Shown: piece by piece, positions 39,683-54,384 of the stretch
How the letters are laid out: each line of letters starts with the position of its first letter
How positions within the stretch are numbered: position 1 is the first letter of the stretch
Origin: Octopus sinensis
Taxonomy: Eukaryota
Direction of reading: 5' to 3'
NCBI RefSeq assembly: GCF_006345805.1
Contig: NC_042997.1
Coordinates: forward strand, 176,824,001-176,888,000
Length of the DNA: 64,000 nucleotides
Notes under the pieces: generated by a model
The model's input: only the letters and a program-made list of their open reading frames with translations
Databases searched by the model: none
Told to the model about the DNA's origin: nothing
Translations under genes and position numbers: made by a program

Positions 39683-40458
39683 GGGGTAGGAGTAGCTGTG
39701 TGGTAAGTAGCTTGCTTACCAACCACATAGTTCCGGGTTCAGTCCCACTGCGTGGCATCTTGGGCAAGTGTCTTCTACTATAGCCTCAGGCCGACCAGTG
39801 GATTGGTAGACGGAAACTGAAAGAAGCCTCTCATATATATATAGTATATATTATATATAATATAATATATATATAATATTATATATATATATATATATAT
39901 TATATATAATGTATGTGTGTGTATATGTTTGTGTGTCTGTGTTTGTCCCCACAACATTGCCTGACAACCGATGCTGGTGTATTTACGTCCGCCGTAACTT
40001 AGCGGTTTGGTCAAAAAGACCGATAGAATAAGTACTAGGCTTACAAAGAATAAGTCCTGGGGTCGATTTGCTCGACTAAAGGCGGTGCTCCAGCATGGTC
40101 GCAGTCAAATGACTGAAACAAGTAAAAGAGTAAAAGAGCAAAAGAGTATATACAAGGGGAAGTCAAAAATTATCCGCACTTTTGTCATAACATATCTTTA
40201 TTATAAACACACTGCCTTCTGTGCATGCATGCTTATAGTTTATAATATTGTTATCACGTGATTGAAGTTTGAGCCTGATCGCGCCATTTTTCTTTCTGGC
40301 TTTACAAACAAATACTGCAATAACTGGCCTATCTCAAAACAAGAATAAGTCCTAGGGTCGATTTGCTTGACTAAAAGCGGTGATCCAGCATGGTCGCAGT
40401 CAAACGCCTGAAACAAGTAAAAGAGTAAAAGAGCAAAAGAGCAAAAGAGTATATACAA
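39683..40458 (+). mobile_element. SINE family B with a second copy of its 3' end at ~40335-40458
   Basis: Full copy 39683-40150; the tail GTAAAAGAGCAAAAGAGTATATACA is repeated after about 180 bp of spacer. Confidence 0.82.
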
Positions 40459-42064
40459 TGGAGTTGTTGCACTAAGAACACCATAAATATCAGACAGGGA
40501 CGAAAATTCATCCCATTAGTGGTCAGCGAGAGTGCCAGATGCATTTCGATCCCTCTGGGCCTTTCCAATGGCACGCACTCGCAACCAGACTGATGCTCCA
40601 ACGAGAACACGTCGTCTCTGATGAACCGGAATGGAGAGCACAGGATAATCTATCCGAATATTTGACGACTTGGCTAACACAGTTCTACAGAATTTTGGGA
40701 CGAAAATGTTTCTGAACCGCTTTTTCGAGCTGAATCAAGATATGCTATTCATTTTCACTAATCATGTCAAGATTTTTGTATACACATTACACTGATTTTT
40801 CATTAAGTTTCCCTTGATTTTTATGTATTGTTCTGTCTTTGGATCAGGGGGTCAAAGTGTGAAAAATATTTCATTGCTACCCTTCCCTTGCATAAAGAAT
40901 AGTAAAATTATGAATAAGCTGCTTTCGTGAATAGATAGTTTAATTGCAACAAGATTTCATTTAGAAATGGGGATGTTTTTTTGTTTACATATGACAGAGA
41001 AAATATAAAAGGAGGTATAGTGTCGCTCTATTCTATTGATACAGAGTCTTAAATAAAAAATCTACAAATTATATGTATAGCAGTTAAAATATGTCACAAA
41101 CATATCTTAATTAACCTAAAGTTCGTATATATATATATATATATATATTTATTTATTTATATATAAATAAGGATAATATCGATATTTAAATATCGATATT
41201 ATCAAGTAGCCAGCATGGGAATAAATACCATACAAAGGTAATAATTATTTAAAACTATAAATTAGGGAATCTGAGAGATACTACCATGCTGAAATAGCAG
41301 TCAAAAAACCCTGGCCCTAAAGCCACCTTAAATGTTTATATCACGCTAGGAGAGAAGACAGAGAGACAAAAATAAACTAGTAAAAAAAATTTTTCTGGAT
41401 AATTCAAGATCCTGGATTTCTGGTTTTGCATAAGAGAAGCTATACACACACACACAATTGGATCCTGCACAGTTTCCTTACATCTGATTGCACTCAGAAT
41501 CATTCGGTCGACACGCTTGTGGTAGAAAATATTTGCTGCATTTGCTTCGCAGCGGAATCGAAACCAAAGCTATCAATTGAACTTCTTAATCAATAGTTGT
41601 TTACACCTTTTTAATGACATATGTTTATGACTTAGAGTTAGTCTTAAGCTACAACATCATTAAAATACCCGAACAAAAGCATAGATATCAGTTTTTCAGC
41701 CTGGTACTAATATAACTTATCATTTTGATACTAATATATATTAATGAAGACAACTGCCAGTAACAATTATGCAATTTTGACATCTTTAAGACATTACTGT
41801 ATCTTTGTTAGTGTTATTGCTGTTGCTGCTGTGGTTTAGCTGTAGTTCAAGACAGACAGAACAGACCTATGATAAACGCAATCTAGCTGCTATCTATCTT
41901 GTATTATCAACGATATTTTTAGGACTACATTATTAATGGTACCCTTTTCATAGTTAAGACAGACGGGTACGACGTAATGGAAATTTGGTTGCTAGTTCTG
42001 GCATGCCGAACGAATACATTGATTCTGAAAAATTCTAACAGATGCATTTAAAATCACATGATAA

Positions 42065-42696
<632 letters not shown>

Positions 42697-42949
42697 ACTT
42701 GTACACATACACACAAACACACAGGCCCATGCGGTTGCACGCACACATGATAACACATACATAGACATGTCCATGCGCGAACACACACACCTGTCAGTAC
42801 ATGGAATGCATATCATTCTACATAATGTACACACTGGGTTACTTATACACACACAAAGAGGTCCACATAGTTTTCAGGTCGCATACATACTCACGCAATC
42901 GCCCCCATTCCCACATACACAAGCGTTTGCGCACCCTAGTTCGTTGGGT

Positions 42950-43162
42950 TCACCGTTATCGTTATTATTATATTTCCCTTTCATTCTGCCTCTTTTTTTC
43001 TGGTCATCTCGTCATGTTGAACACTGCACATTTTTTTTCTCTGTCGAAGAGCATAGGTTCGAAACGTAAAAGACATTTCTATTTTTCCCGAGCGTTAAAC
43101 TAATACACATGTTTGTTGTTCCTACACATGTCTTCGTCTTATGTTTTCCGTTAATTTTTGAA

Positions 43163-43166
<4 letters not shown>
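42950..43166 (+). mobile_element. Probable solo PLE pLTR-like remnant with a degenerate hammerhead core, abutting (TA)n
   Basis: CTGTCGA A GAGC ATAG GTTC GAAAC GTA at 43041-43068; ends directly on (TA)n. Confidence 0.4.
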
Positions 43167-43204
<38 letters not shown>

Positions 43205-44114
43205 ATATGTATGTGTGTTTGCCGTAAACATACTCTATTCGAAGTTCATGATATTCATGCTTTACACAAAACCTATTAATGTAATGACTTAGAATAGATA
43301 CAAATGGAAATCGAATCAACGTTTTGAACTCGATTCGCCGAAAGTTAATCTTTAACTCTACGAACTAGTTGAACCAAGTATTTTTCAACTTTTCGTTTTT
43401 AGTTTTCATTATCAAATCCTGTACAATAGGAAGACAAAAGCGATTCTCATGAGTAATGAACTAAGAATACTGAAGCTTTATACTAGTCGACAATAAAAAC
43501 TGCTTGTTCAGCTCAGTCGTCCAAATCATGTCAATAATACAATTTCCAATAAAGTTTTGTTATAATTTCATGAGTTTTGGTTTTGTCCTTGAAAACAATA
43601 GTAAAAAAAGACGAACTTGTTTTATTCCATTACGCTGTTTCCAATGAATAGCAAGCTAATCGTAGCATTTTCAAATATTTTATCAGTGGAGGTTGAATGT
43701 GGCGGATGATACTAAATGCCAACCAGTTTCGAGTTCAAAGGTCTGCTTTCGCTTTCAATTTCCGAGAACCACAGAGGGAAGAAAATGAATGCCAACAAAA
43801 TGCTAGCGGCGATTTAATTGTCTACATCTCTTACTCCTAATTTATGGCCTTGTATCAATGTTAGAAACTGTTTTATTAATTGGAAGGCTAATAGGAAAGA
43901 GGCAAGCTTCTGCTATGGCAAAGCAGCAAGCTGGTTTAGAGTCCCCGGTTTAAAAATACCATCCTCTTGATGAATGTATTTGTTTGAGAAAGGAATCAGC
44001 ATCACACAGTCATCACACTGCCTTTCTTCTCTGTCTCTAAACTAAAGCGTACAGTATTGTAGATCCATTACAGCGGATCTATATACCTGTATAGTTTGAT
44101 TCATATACCAACTC

Positions 44115-44335
44115 TATTGGCGTGGCTCTCCGTCAGTTGCAACGACGATTCTTTCAGTTGATATGATCAACCAAACAACCTGCTCGTGGTAGTTCTCAGG
44201 GAGATTCAACATGACACAGAGTGCGAAATGGCTAGTCCTTTGAATAGCAGATGCAACTCATTTTTGCCAGCTGAATGGACTGGAACAACGAGAAATAAAG
44301 TGTCTTACTCAACGAAGCAATTCACAGCTTTACGA
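44115..44335 (-). mobile_element. Decayed SINE family C
   Basis: CCAGCTGAATGGACTGGAACAAC core and TCCGTCAGTTGCAACGAC end shared with 54030-54320. Confidence 0.6.
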
Positions 44336-44597
44336 TCGTGAGCTGGATACACCTAACCACGCACCTTCAACCCAATCTATTGACGAATATCAGAGTGCAC
44401 AAATTCATACATACATACATACATACATACATACATACATACATACATACATACATACATACATACATACATACATACATACATACACTCATACATACAT
44501 ACATACATACATACATACATACATACATACATACGTATATATGTATATATATGCATGTATATATATATGTATTTATGTATGTGTTTATATATTTATG

Positions 44598-44632
<35 letters not shown>

Positions 44633-45214
44633 GTAGACATTTACCTCCCTTGAAACCAGTCGTCTCATCTATTGGCCACCTGATGGCGCACGTCGTGCTG
44701 TTGCATTGGGGGAGAATTACAGTACTTGTACAGAGAGAGAGATAAAGGCAGTTTCTGTGCGTTCGTATTCAGATACATAAGAGGTGGTTATGTTTAACCG
44801 CTGCATCACTTGGAATCGCAACAGGAAGAAAATACGTCTAACCGCTTTGGTTGCGCCGTCCAAAAGCTATAGATTCAATTCTCCCACACTGCAACACCAC
44901 GACGTGCGCATCTAGTGGCCAATAGATGAGACAACTGTTTTCAAGGGAGGTAACTGTCTACAGTTACTTTGGGCGGAAGGGTCTTTTTTTTTTTTTTCTA
45001 ATATTTGAATTTAGCCCATGCACAAAACGACAGCTCCATAACCACAGGTTAATAGCAAAAGAGAATGAAATTTTGCGGATTTTATGACATGTTCAAGAGC
45101 ATTAGCAATGCATATAGGTTCCGATCGGGATTCGAAAAAAAAGCTTATGGTACTAGATTGCTTAGGCTATCCTCTTTCTCTACAATAATTTGTACTTTAT
45201 CAAATGCTTGGTGG

Positions 45215-45620
45215 CATTTCTTCATGCTTTACTAGCAGAATTCAAACACTGCCAAGGCCAACTTTGATTTTCGTTCCTTCGGGGTCGAAAAAATAAATAC
45301 CAGATGAACACCGAGGTCAATGCAATCAATTTACTCCTCCCCACAAATTACTGGCCCCGTGCCAAAATTTGAAACCAAAATTATCATTATTATTACTATT
45401 AATATTATGGGTAGCGAGCTGGCAGAATCGTTAGCACGCCGGGCGAAATGCTTAGCGGTATTTCATCCATCTTTACGTTTTGAGTTCAAATTCTGCCGCA
45501 GTCGGTTTTGCATTTCGTCCTTTCGGGGTCGATAAAATAATTACCAGTTCAATACTGGGATCGATGTAATCGACCATCCTCCTCCCCCAAATTTCAGGGT
45601 TTGTGCCTATAGCAGAAAGT
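45215..45620 (+). mobile_element. Two SINE family A copies (45215-45375 partial; 45409-45620)
   Basis: GAGCTGGCAGAATCGTTAGCACGCCGGGCG head and GAGTTCAAATTC B box. Confidence 0.8.
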
Positions 45621-45681
45621 ACTATTACTATTAGTATTAACAACCATAGCAACAACGACAGCAATAATAATAATAATAATG

Positions 45682-45716
<35 letters not shown>

Positions 45717-46065
45717 GAAAATCCGAGATTATTCACAGAAATGAACTATTTTATGCTAGATCGAAACATAAATCAATGAATTATTGTAAAACACTAATAA
45801 AATTCATTTTAGGTTATAAAAATATAGATCAATATGTTGTTTAATGAGATTTCTCAAATACAATAACACGTCCTTACTTTCATTGAATTTTTAATGTGTG
45901 TAAATATTTCATTTGTGTCAAATCTTATTCCTTAGAGCAATTTACAAGCAGCACAATTGCAATATATCAAAATAATCACAGAAAAATACAATATAAAGAA
46001 GTATAAATTTGTTTGTATAATTAATTTTGTTGTACATAGCTCAATTGTGTGTATATACAACCAGT

Positions 46066-46109
<44 letters not shown>

Positions 46110-46529
46110 GCAGTCTAATTATTCTAGTGACTTGTAAGATACGAAAAGGTGATGGGTTTTATGCTCTGAGGTCAAAATAGCCCTGCTAAGAACAGTCCAC
46201 ATCCGACACAAGACAATATCAATTCAATAATACAACCCAAAGAAAACAAACAACCCACAAATACAAGACAAACTCTACACAGTAATTATCTAGTGAAACA
46301 AACTTCCACTAGCAAGCTAGAGAACCGACACACTCAACACACAATGTGAACAGTAATTCAACAAAAGGCTGCACTACATCTCAAGAGGAAACAAAAACTG
46401 ATGCAATGCAATACCGGGAAGTGTTTGCACACTCCCAACAACAAAACAGAACACACCCCAGCAACACGGAGGTGTAGTAGGTGATACTGTAGAAATTTAC
46501 CCGAAACTACCAAATGTTGAACAACTATA

Positions 46530-46565
<36 letters not shown>

Positions 46566-46587
46566 TAATAATATAATACTATAATAA

Positions 46588-47051
46588 ATGCCCTGATGCA
46601 GTATCAGGCAGTGCTCTCCGGCTTCTGATCTTAACTGATTGAAAGTGTCATCATGTACATTGTTTTGTCTTGGTATAAAAGATGGGCTACAGCAAATATT
46701 CTGCTCAATACCACAGATTTGCTTGTCAGTTGTTTGACCGTAACCAATTGAGCATGTCCCTTAGTGGCTGACAATATGTGCATCTCTGATCACGAGCAGA
46801 AGTAGTGGGGGAGCATCATAGCCATGTGCTGAGAGGGATTCTTTGGGGTTTGAATAACTTACCTATTATCTTTCCTATGGATAACATCGGTGGCATAGAG
46901 AGGTGAAGCAGGTATGCATAGGTAACTGCTGCATCATATAGCCATGTGCTGAGAGGGATTCTTTGGGGTTTGAATAACTTACCTATTATCTTTCCTATGG
47001 ATAACATCGGTGGCATAGAGAGGTGAAGCAGGTATGCATAGGTAACTGCTG
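46588..47051 (+). repeat. (AAT)n-associated interspersed repeat, 5' part, ending in a 118/120-bp tandem duplication (46813-47051)
   Basis: 46588-46860 is the reverse complement of ~63190-63477; the GCATCATAGCCATGTG...GGTAACTGCT unit occurs twice. Confidence 0.75.
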
Positions 47052-47439
47052 GTCTTCAATAAACAACGTCCCACAATAGGGTTTTCACAATAGGGTTTTC
47101 TATTTCATCTATTTGCGTTAAAGTCTCACCGATCTTTACAAATTTATTTGTTTCTTCCGATATTGAGTGCAGTTTCTCGGTACTTTCATGCTTGCAGACC
47201 ATTTCAAGCATCAAGTTAGTGTTCTTCAGATAGGTATCTGACCCTATAGTTGCTTTCTTTATAGACAACTGCAATTGCATCAGCCTTGACGTTTATCTTT
47301 TCGTGGAATGTACTATCGCCTTCGTTTTTATTACCTTTTGAGTAACAAGGTGAAGTCGACTTTGCCTTTCATCCTTTCGTTGTGAGAACTGCTGGACATG
47401 AGCCAAAAATATTATAACTAATTAGTGACGGAAGCAGTA

Positions 47440-47680
47440 ATAATACCTATTTCTTTATTACCCTCAAAGGGTTAAACATAGAGGGGACAAACAAGGACAG
47501 ACTTAGGCATTAAGTCGATTACATCGACCCCAGTGCGTGACTGGTACTTAATTTATCGACCCCGAAAGGATGAAAGGCAAAGTCGACCTCGGCGGAATTT
47601 GAACTCACAACGTAACGGCAGACGAAATACGGCTACACATTTCGCCCGGCGTGCTAACGTTTCTGCCAGCTCGCCGCCTT
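47440..47680 (-). mobile_element. SINE family A
   Basis: Reverse-complement match to family A, ending CTGCCAGCTCGCCGCCTT. Confidence 0.85.
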
Positions 47681-47748
47681 AGTAATACAAAAACATGATC
47701 ATTACATCCAATTTAACATGGATGTCTTGTTAGAACACAAAATACTGC

Positions 47749-47810
<62 letters not shown>

Positions 47811-47827
47811 CATTATCATCATTATTA

Positions 47828-47907
<80 letters not shown>

Positions 47908-47910
<3 letters not shown>

Positions 47911-49180
47911 TAGTTTTATTTTTATAGCGTGCTTTCACTTCACTACCGAGCGCAGCTCTGTGTGCCATGGGTATGTGTTGTGATTTGTTGTGATGCTCTG
48001 ATGGTTATTGTATGGAAAGTGTTCTGCGTAGGATGTGTGCAGTGCCTAGTAGTGCAATTTTCTGTATGTTATATGTGTTTGTAAGTCCTGGTGTTTTTGT
48101 TATGTATTTGTCTGAATATTGATTTTATCATGCCTAATCCGCCTTTTATGATAGGAATTGTTTCTATTTTCAGATTCCACATTCTGGTTACCTCTATTTC
48201 CAGGTCTTTGTATTTTGAGAGTTTCACCATTTCTTTTAGAGACACGTTGTCATCTGCCGGTATTGATACATCAATTAGAAAGCATTTTTTTTCTTCATGA
48301 TCTCTGACAACTATATCTGGCCTGTTGGCCTTAATTTCTCTATCTGTGTGTATCGGCATATCCCAGAGTATGGTTGCTTTCTCGTTTTCTGTGACTTTTC
48401 TGGTGTGTGCCTATACCATCTTTTTTCTGTTGTTATTCCATAATGTTGGCATAGCTTCCAATGTATGTAGGTTCCAACTCTGTCATTCTGTGAATATATT
48501 CCTTCTTAGCCAGGACTGGGCAGCTAGAGATAATATGATTTATTGTTCTTGTCCATCTCCACATATTCTGCAGTTACTTGTAATTTTCTTTTCATTACAT
48601 GTTTTTGGTAATTTCTGGTGGGGAGGCTTTGGTCTTGTACTGCAATTAAAAATCCCTCTGTTTCTGCTTTGAGTCCTGAGCTTCTCAACCATTGCTGGGA
48701 TTTTTCTTTGTCTATTTCTTTTGCGTTTAGTTTAGTCCAGTATTTACCATGATGGCTTTTCTTGCATCGTTTTTATCATGGTTCGTTGCTGTTCTATTTT
48801 TAGTTTGGATTTCATTTGTTTTATAGCTTTTGTTGTTTCTTCATCTTCTTCTTCTTCATATTTATTAGGTGGTATGATTTCTTGTTTGTATTTGTCAGCT
48901 TCCTTAAATACTGAGAACAGTTTTTTGTTTGCTCGTGTTTTGCCGCTATTTGTATCAGTTTTCCTTCCTTCTGAATTAGATATTTTTTGCAGTCCTATGG
49001 TGGTTTTTTATAGTAGTTTTCCCGTTGTATAAGGCCTCTACCACCTTCTATACGTTGTATATATAGTCTTTCTACGTCAGATTTTGGGTGATGCATCCTA
49101 GATCCTTGTCATTATTTTTCTTGTTTTTCCTATCTATTTTGTCAGTTTCATTTCGTGTCCGTTAAGGATATTGTAGCTAT
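47908..49180 (-). mobile_element. 5'-truncated R4/Dong-like non-LTR retrotransposon with restriction-like endonuclease, between (ATT)n tracts
   Basis: Minus strand: MHHPKSDVERLYIQRIEGGRGL, CRIC knuckle, ANRPDIVVRD..LIDVSIP (RLE), QKIALLGTAHILRRTLS stop; flanked by (ATT)n at 47750-47907 and 49180-49235. Confidence 0.88.
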
Positions 49181-49192
49181 TATTATTATTAA

Positions 49193-49234
<42 letters not shown>

Positions 49235-49909
49235 GAGTGATCCAGCGGATACAGCAGTAGCAACAGCAGTAGCAACAGTAGTTCTGTTCCATTTGTGTTA
49301 ATAAGAGCAACATTCTATGGTGGAATCAATGGACGCTTGAATGAAATTCACTGTAAAACTTAATTTTCGAAATGTGAAATAATCTCACTTTCTTATACTG
49401 AACCATATAAACTACATTACTGTAAGTTAAATGAATTTATATAATTTTATTTCTTTTTATGGAATCCCGTAAGTATAACTAGCAACTTCGGAAGAATTTT
49501 TGAAATATAAAGAAAACGGTCTATGAACCAAATTCAAAGAAAAAAATTTTTTTATTATTTTTGTTACCGCAAAAGCTGTAAGCACGAACATTTTGACAGA
49601 AATGATAATATGGCTGTCATTTTGAAAATGATTTTGAAATAACTAGGAAGAAATTCCTTTGAATTGGTACAGCACTAGCTTTAGTTGGGATAATGTGTTG
49701 TCAAATGAATCCACCTCCTTAATGGAAAATGCATGTCGAAAGCTTCCTTCCAAAGATCTGATGCAAGAGTAACAGACGGACTTGAAGTGATATGTATAAA
49801 AAAAGTAATAATAACATATCACCATCACAACGTATATAGAATTTCATATACATCACCATCACAACACAGATGGAAATAAGCAACAACTTTATAAAATGCA
49901 GTATTGCAA

Positions 49910-49955
<46 letters not shown>

Positions 49956-50319
49956 TAAATAATAATAATAAATACCAAGTCATACAATGGGGACAAAAGT
50001 AGATGCAACCTGTGGACCATTTAGAAATTTATTGAATATATGGTTGCATATTTGTATGTATAAGATATGATATAAAATTGAATGTATATATTATATAATA
50101 TAATGTAATATAATATAATATAATATAATAAATATAATATAGATAATATAATATATATATATATATATATATATTTAATATACACATATATATTAATGTT
50201 TTATATAAGCGTATCCCGAAATTACATTCACACACATATACGTATGTATAGCTATAGAATATATATCTACGTACATGTATATCATGTGTGTGTCTAGAGT
50301 GATATAGTATTCAAACGTG

Positions 50320-50354
<35 letters not shown>

Positions 50355-50439
50355 ATACACTACTATATACACACATATACACATACATAGATATATACAT
50401 CATACACACACACATAATATACATACATTATATACATAC

Positions 50440-50490
<51 letters not shown>

Positions 50491-51030
50491 TATATATACA
50501 CACAACATAATATATATATATATAAAAATAAATACATATGTATATATATGGATATAATTTATGATGTGATATGATATATATATGTATACACACACACACA
50601 CCCGTGTATGTACTAGTGTGGGAGGCTGTAAACATAGGTCTCTTAGTTTTATTTTTACACTTTACGATTTAAAATCATTTAATTACTTGCCTGAATTCAC
50701 TTAATAAGAGAACATTGTAATTCAGAACCGGACTAATTAGAAAACAGACATGGGGAAGTAATTGGAAAGTACAATGCTTAGATTCCATCAATTTAAGAAT
50801 TTAATGCAGACTACTTTGTGAAATAAATGAAAAACTTTTAGCTCGAAGTAGTGAATAATAATATACTTGTTTATTTTCGGTGTATATTCTGTAGATTTCG
50901 TATAAATGCACACACACGCGCGCGCACACGCACACACACACACGCCCCCCCCCATTCACATATTTACATATAAAGTAACGAAGGTGGCTTATACACACTA
51001 TGAAACCAATAAAGAAAATTTCATCAGTGG

Positions 51031-51070
<40 letters not shown>

Positions 51071-51102
51071 CTATATATATATACAATATATTTATATATA
51101 TT

Positions 51103-51141
<39 letters not shown>

Positions 51142-51619
51142 ATGGGTGTGGTGTGTACGTATAAAATATATGCCATATGAATATACATATTTCATTTATC
51201 ATTATGTATTATTTATATATATATATATATATTAGAAATGTATTGTTAGCGTCTATATTTACATACCCAAATATTTGTCTATATATCTTTTTGTCTGCCC
51301 GTCTCTATGTATGTATGTCTCTTCTATTTTTTAATTCTCATAACTCTTCCACTGAGGAGGGGGCAGGTTTCTAACAAAGATACCAGGCTCTATCTTTTGA
51401 ATGTAGTTAACATAGACGAATTCACATATGGAACTTGAGAAAAGTCTTGCATATTTTTTCTGTTCCACTCACAGATTGAACTTGTAATGAACGAATCAGT
51501 CGGTCAATTTCTCTTTCTGAAATTCCCAGTTTATCCAGATTCTCCTTTAATCATATACTAACAAAACCTAGTGCTCCAATTATTATTGGTATGCATATGA
51601 ATTTATAGTCTGGATATAG

Positions 51620-52170
51620 AAGCTAGAGGTTTCGAATCAGTTGTCCATAGATATCCTCTTTTTCTTTGATTTTCAAGGAGATATTTATATCTGCAGAGCA
51701 ACAATATCCGGCCTGTTATGCTTACATTTGACAGAGGTTTTAATGGGAATATTCTACCAGTGTTCCTTGAGTTGGTGTTTATTTCAGGACAGTTTTTTTG
51801 CGGATGGCATTGTAAATTGTTTTAGCAAGAAAATCGTGCCGCATAGGGAGGTAGTACAGTGACATTTTAGGACAGCTGCTAATCACATGCGTAATGTCTT
51901 CCACGGAACATGACATAGCCTACACATTCGGTTGCACCTTGAGATTACAAGAGCATCATTGTCTCTCTTCTTCAGTAGGTACTTTGTGACAATCTCCTGT
52001 TCCTGGATTGCAAACACATAGCGTTCAAAGTGCGATGTGATGTAGTGGCCTTGTGTCCAAGAGAGGCTGCGCTTCGTGTCAATTCGACTGTCTTCTTCAA
52101 GCTTCCGGGCAACATACCCATGCATAGTCTTATTTTGTATGCTAAGTGCTTTCCATCTAGGTCTTCTCTA
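51620..52170 (-). mobile_element. Second R4/Dong-like LINE fragment (zinc-knuckle region)
   Basis: ORF 51883-52125: HG..FAIQEQEIVTKY..CRLC, typical of the region upstream of the RLE. Confidence 0.65.
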
Positions 52171-52438
52171 TGTATGTATATATGTATGTATGAGGTGATG
52201 TATGTACGTACGGAGGTATAGATATTATATATATATATAGATATATATATAGATATATATTATATATACATATATATGTATATATATATATGTATATGTA
52301 TAGATATATATATATATATAGGTAATATATATATATATGTATATATGTATATATATATATGTATAGATGATATATATATGTATATTATATATATATATAT
52401 GAATATATATATATATGTATATTGTATATATATATATG

Positions 52439-52494
<56 letters not shown>

Positions 52495-52519
52495 CTTTTT
52501 CTCTTTTTCTATATTTTAT

Positions 52520-52882
52520 TGTTTCAGTCATTTGACTGCGGCATGTGGAGCACCGCCTTAATCGAGCAACTCGACCCGAGACTTATCTTTGTCAGCCCAG
52601 TACTTTTTATATCGGTCTCTTTTTTGACCGCTAAGTGACGGGGACGAAACACACCAGCATCGATGTTCAAGCAATGCTAGGGGAAACACAGACACACAAA
52701 AAAACACATATATATATATACATATTACGACAGGCCTTCAGTTCCGTCTACCAATCACTCACAAGGCATTGGTCGGCCCGGGGCTATAGCAGAAGACATG
52801 CCCCAAGATGCCACACAGTGGGACTGAACCGGAACATGTGGTTGGTTAGCATGCTACTTACCACACAGCCACTCCTGCGCCT
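52520..52882 (-). mobile_element. SINE family B
   Basis: Reverse-complement match ending CAGCCACTCCTGCGCCT. Confidence 0.85.
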
Positions 52883-52892
52883 ATATATAATA

Positions 52893-52923
<31 letters not shown>

Positions 52924-54029
52924 TCTGCCTTGACCCGGGGGTAGAACTGATGTTATTAGACAATATCCAAAGATCATTGGGTGTTTGAACTTGGACGAAC
53001 ACCTCCTGTTGGCGGGTCAGTATAGAGGTCAGACAATTGCTCATTATCTCCTAGAGTCAGACAATTGCTCATTATCTCCTTCTAATACCCAGTTTAACTT
53101 CTTTCTTTTACTCCATGACCAGAAACGCGCTCATTCTACTGTCTGTCCCATCCTGTGCACAGCTACATTTCTCTTTCTCTTATTTCAATGGCCACAAGAA
53201 TTTATCCATAGTGACTGTTATGTCGCACGTTCGGATGCCTTCTACTCAACTCTCACCGCTACTCTAGTCTACACTCTGACGTCTAGGCTTCTCCCTCTAT
53301 ATCTACGTATTGGGCTAGCCTACTTCATCGTCTGGGGGCGTCTACACAACAGTGACTAGGCAGGAAATCATCACAGCCAATATCGACCGGTAAAAGAAAT
53401 ACTTCTTGCAATCCTTCAAAAAGTTCTGTTATTCGGTACGTCTTTATTCAAAGGCTTCATCATCGAAGTCTTTGAATGGAAACTGTAAGCTCGATCAGGA
53501 TTATTTTGCTTAACCTTCTCAGCCCACAGAACTACGTCTGGCCTCAAGGTTGTCTGGACAACTCGAGGAAAGCAACCAGTCTTGCTTTGGTTAATTAATA
53601 CTGAAAATGAATATAATCACACGAAGTTTTTATAGTTTGGATAAATTGCTAACAGTTTTCAATTGGTGCGTGAATGTTGATTCATTATGAATTATTGAAT
53701 GCAAGCAATTGGCAGACGGTTTGTGTTAAATAAAATACGCAGGAAAATAAAGAAATAGAGCACCTAGAATGATATTTTAACGTTTTTATTTTCTGCTTAA
53801 ATAATTCCTTTCAAAATACTGTGCTAATTTGAATAATTATTGTAAATTAATTATTTGTCTGATCGATAACTTACTTTATATCCGTTGCGGTGTTTTGCAT
53901 AATTAGTATGCTGAGATTTTCTCAGATTATAGGAAAAAATTAGAGAAATAAATACTATTTTTAAAAACAAGTATTGGAGTTGATAAAAAACTAAAACGAA
54001 AGACAACAAAAAAAAAACTAAAAAAAAAC

Positions 54030-54320
54030 TGGCACTCCGTCGGTTGCGACAACGAGGGTTCAAGCTGATCCGATCAACGGGTCACCTTGCTCGTGAAATT
54101 AACGTGCAAGTGACTGAGCACCCTGAAAACGCGCTTGCCTATAACGTAGTTCTCGAGGAGATTCAGTAATACAAAATGTGACAAGGTTGGCCTTTTGTAT
54201 TACAGGTATAACCCAATTTTGCCAGCTGAGTGTGCTGGAGCAACAAGTAATGAAGTGACTTGCTCAAGGACACAACGCGCCGTCGGCTGTCGAACTCACA
54301 ATTCTGAGATCATGTGCACA
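54030..54320 (-). mobile_element. SINE family C
   Basis: GCTCGTGAAATTAACGTG, CCAGCTGAGTGTGCTGGAGCAAC and CTTGCTCAAGGACACAAC blocks shared with 15292-15590. Confidence 0.7.
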
Positions 54321-54384
54321 TACACATATACACACACACATTTACACACATACACGCACACACACACATATACTCTTTACACTT

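Noticed and set aside
53028-53080. 25-bp direct repeat with 28-bp period
   Set aside because: Two units only; simple slippage duplication.
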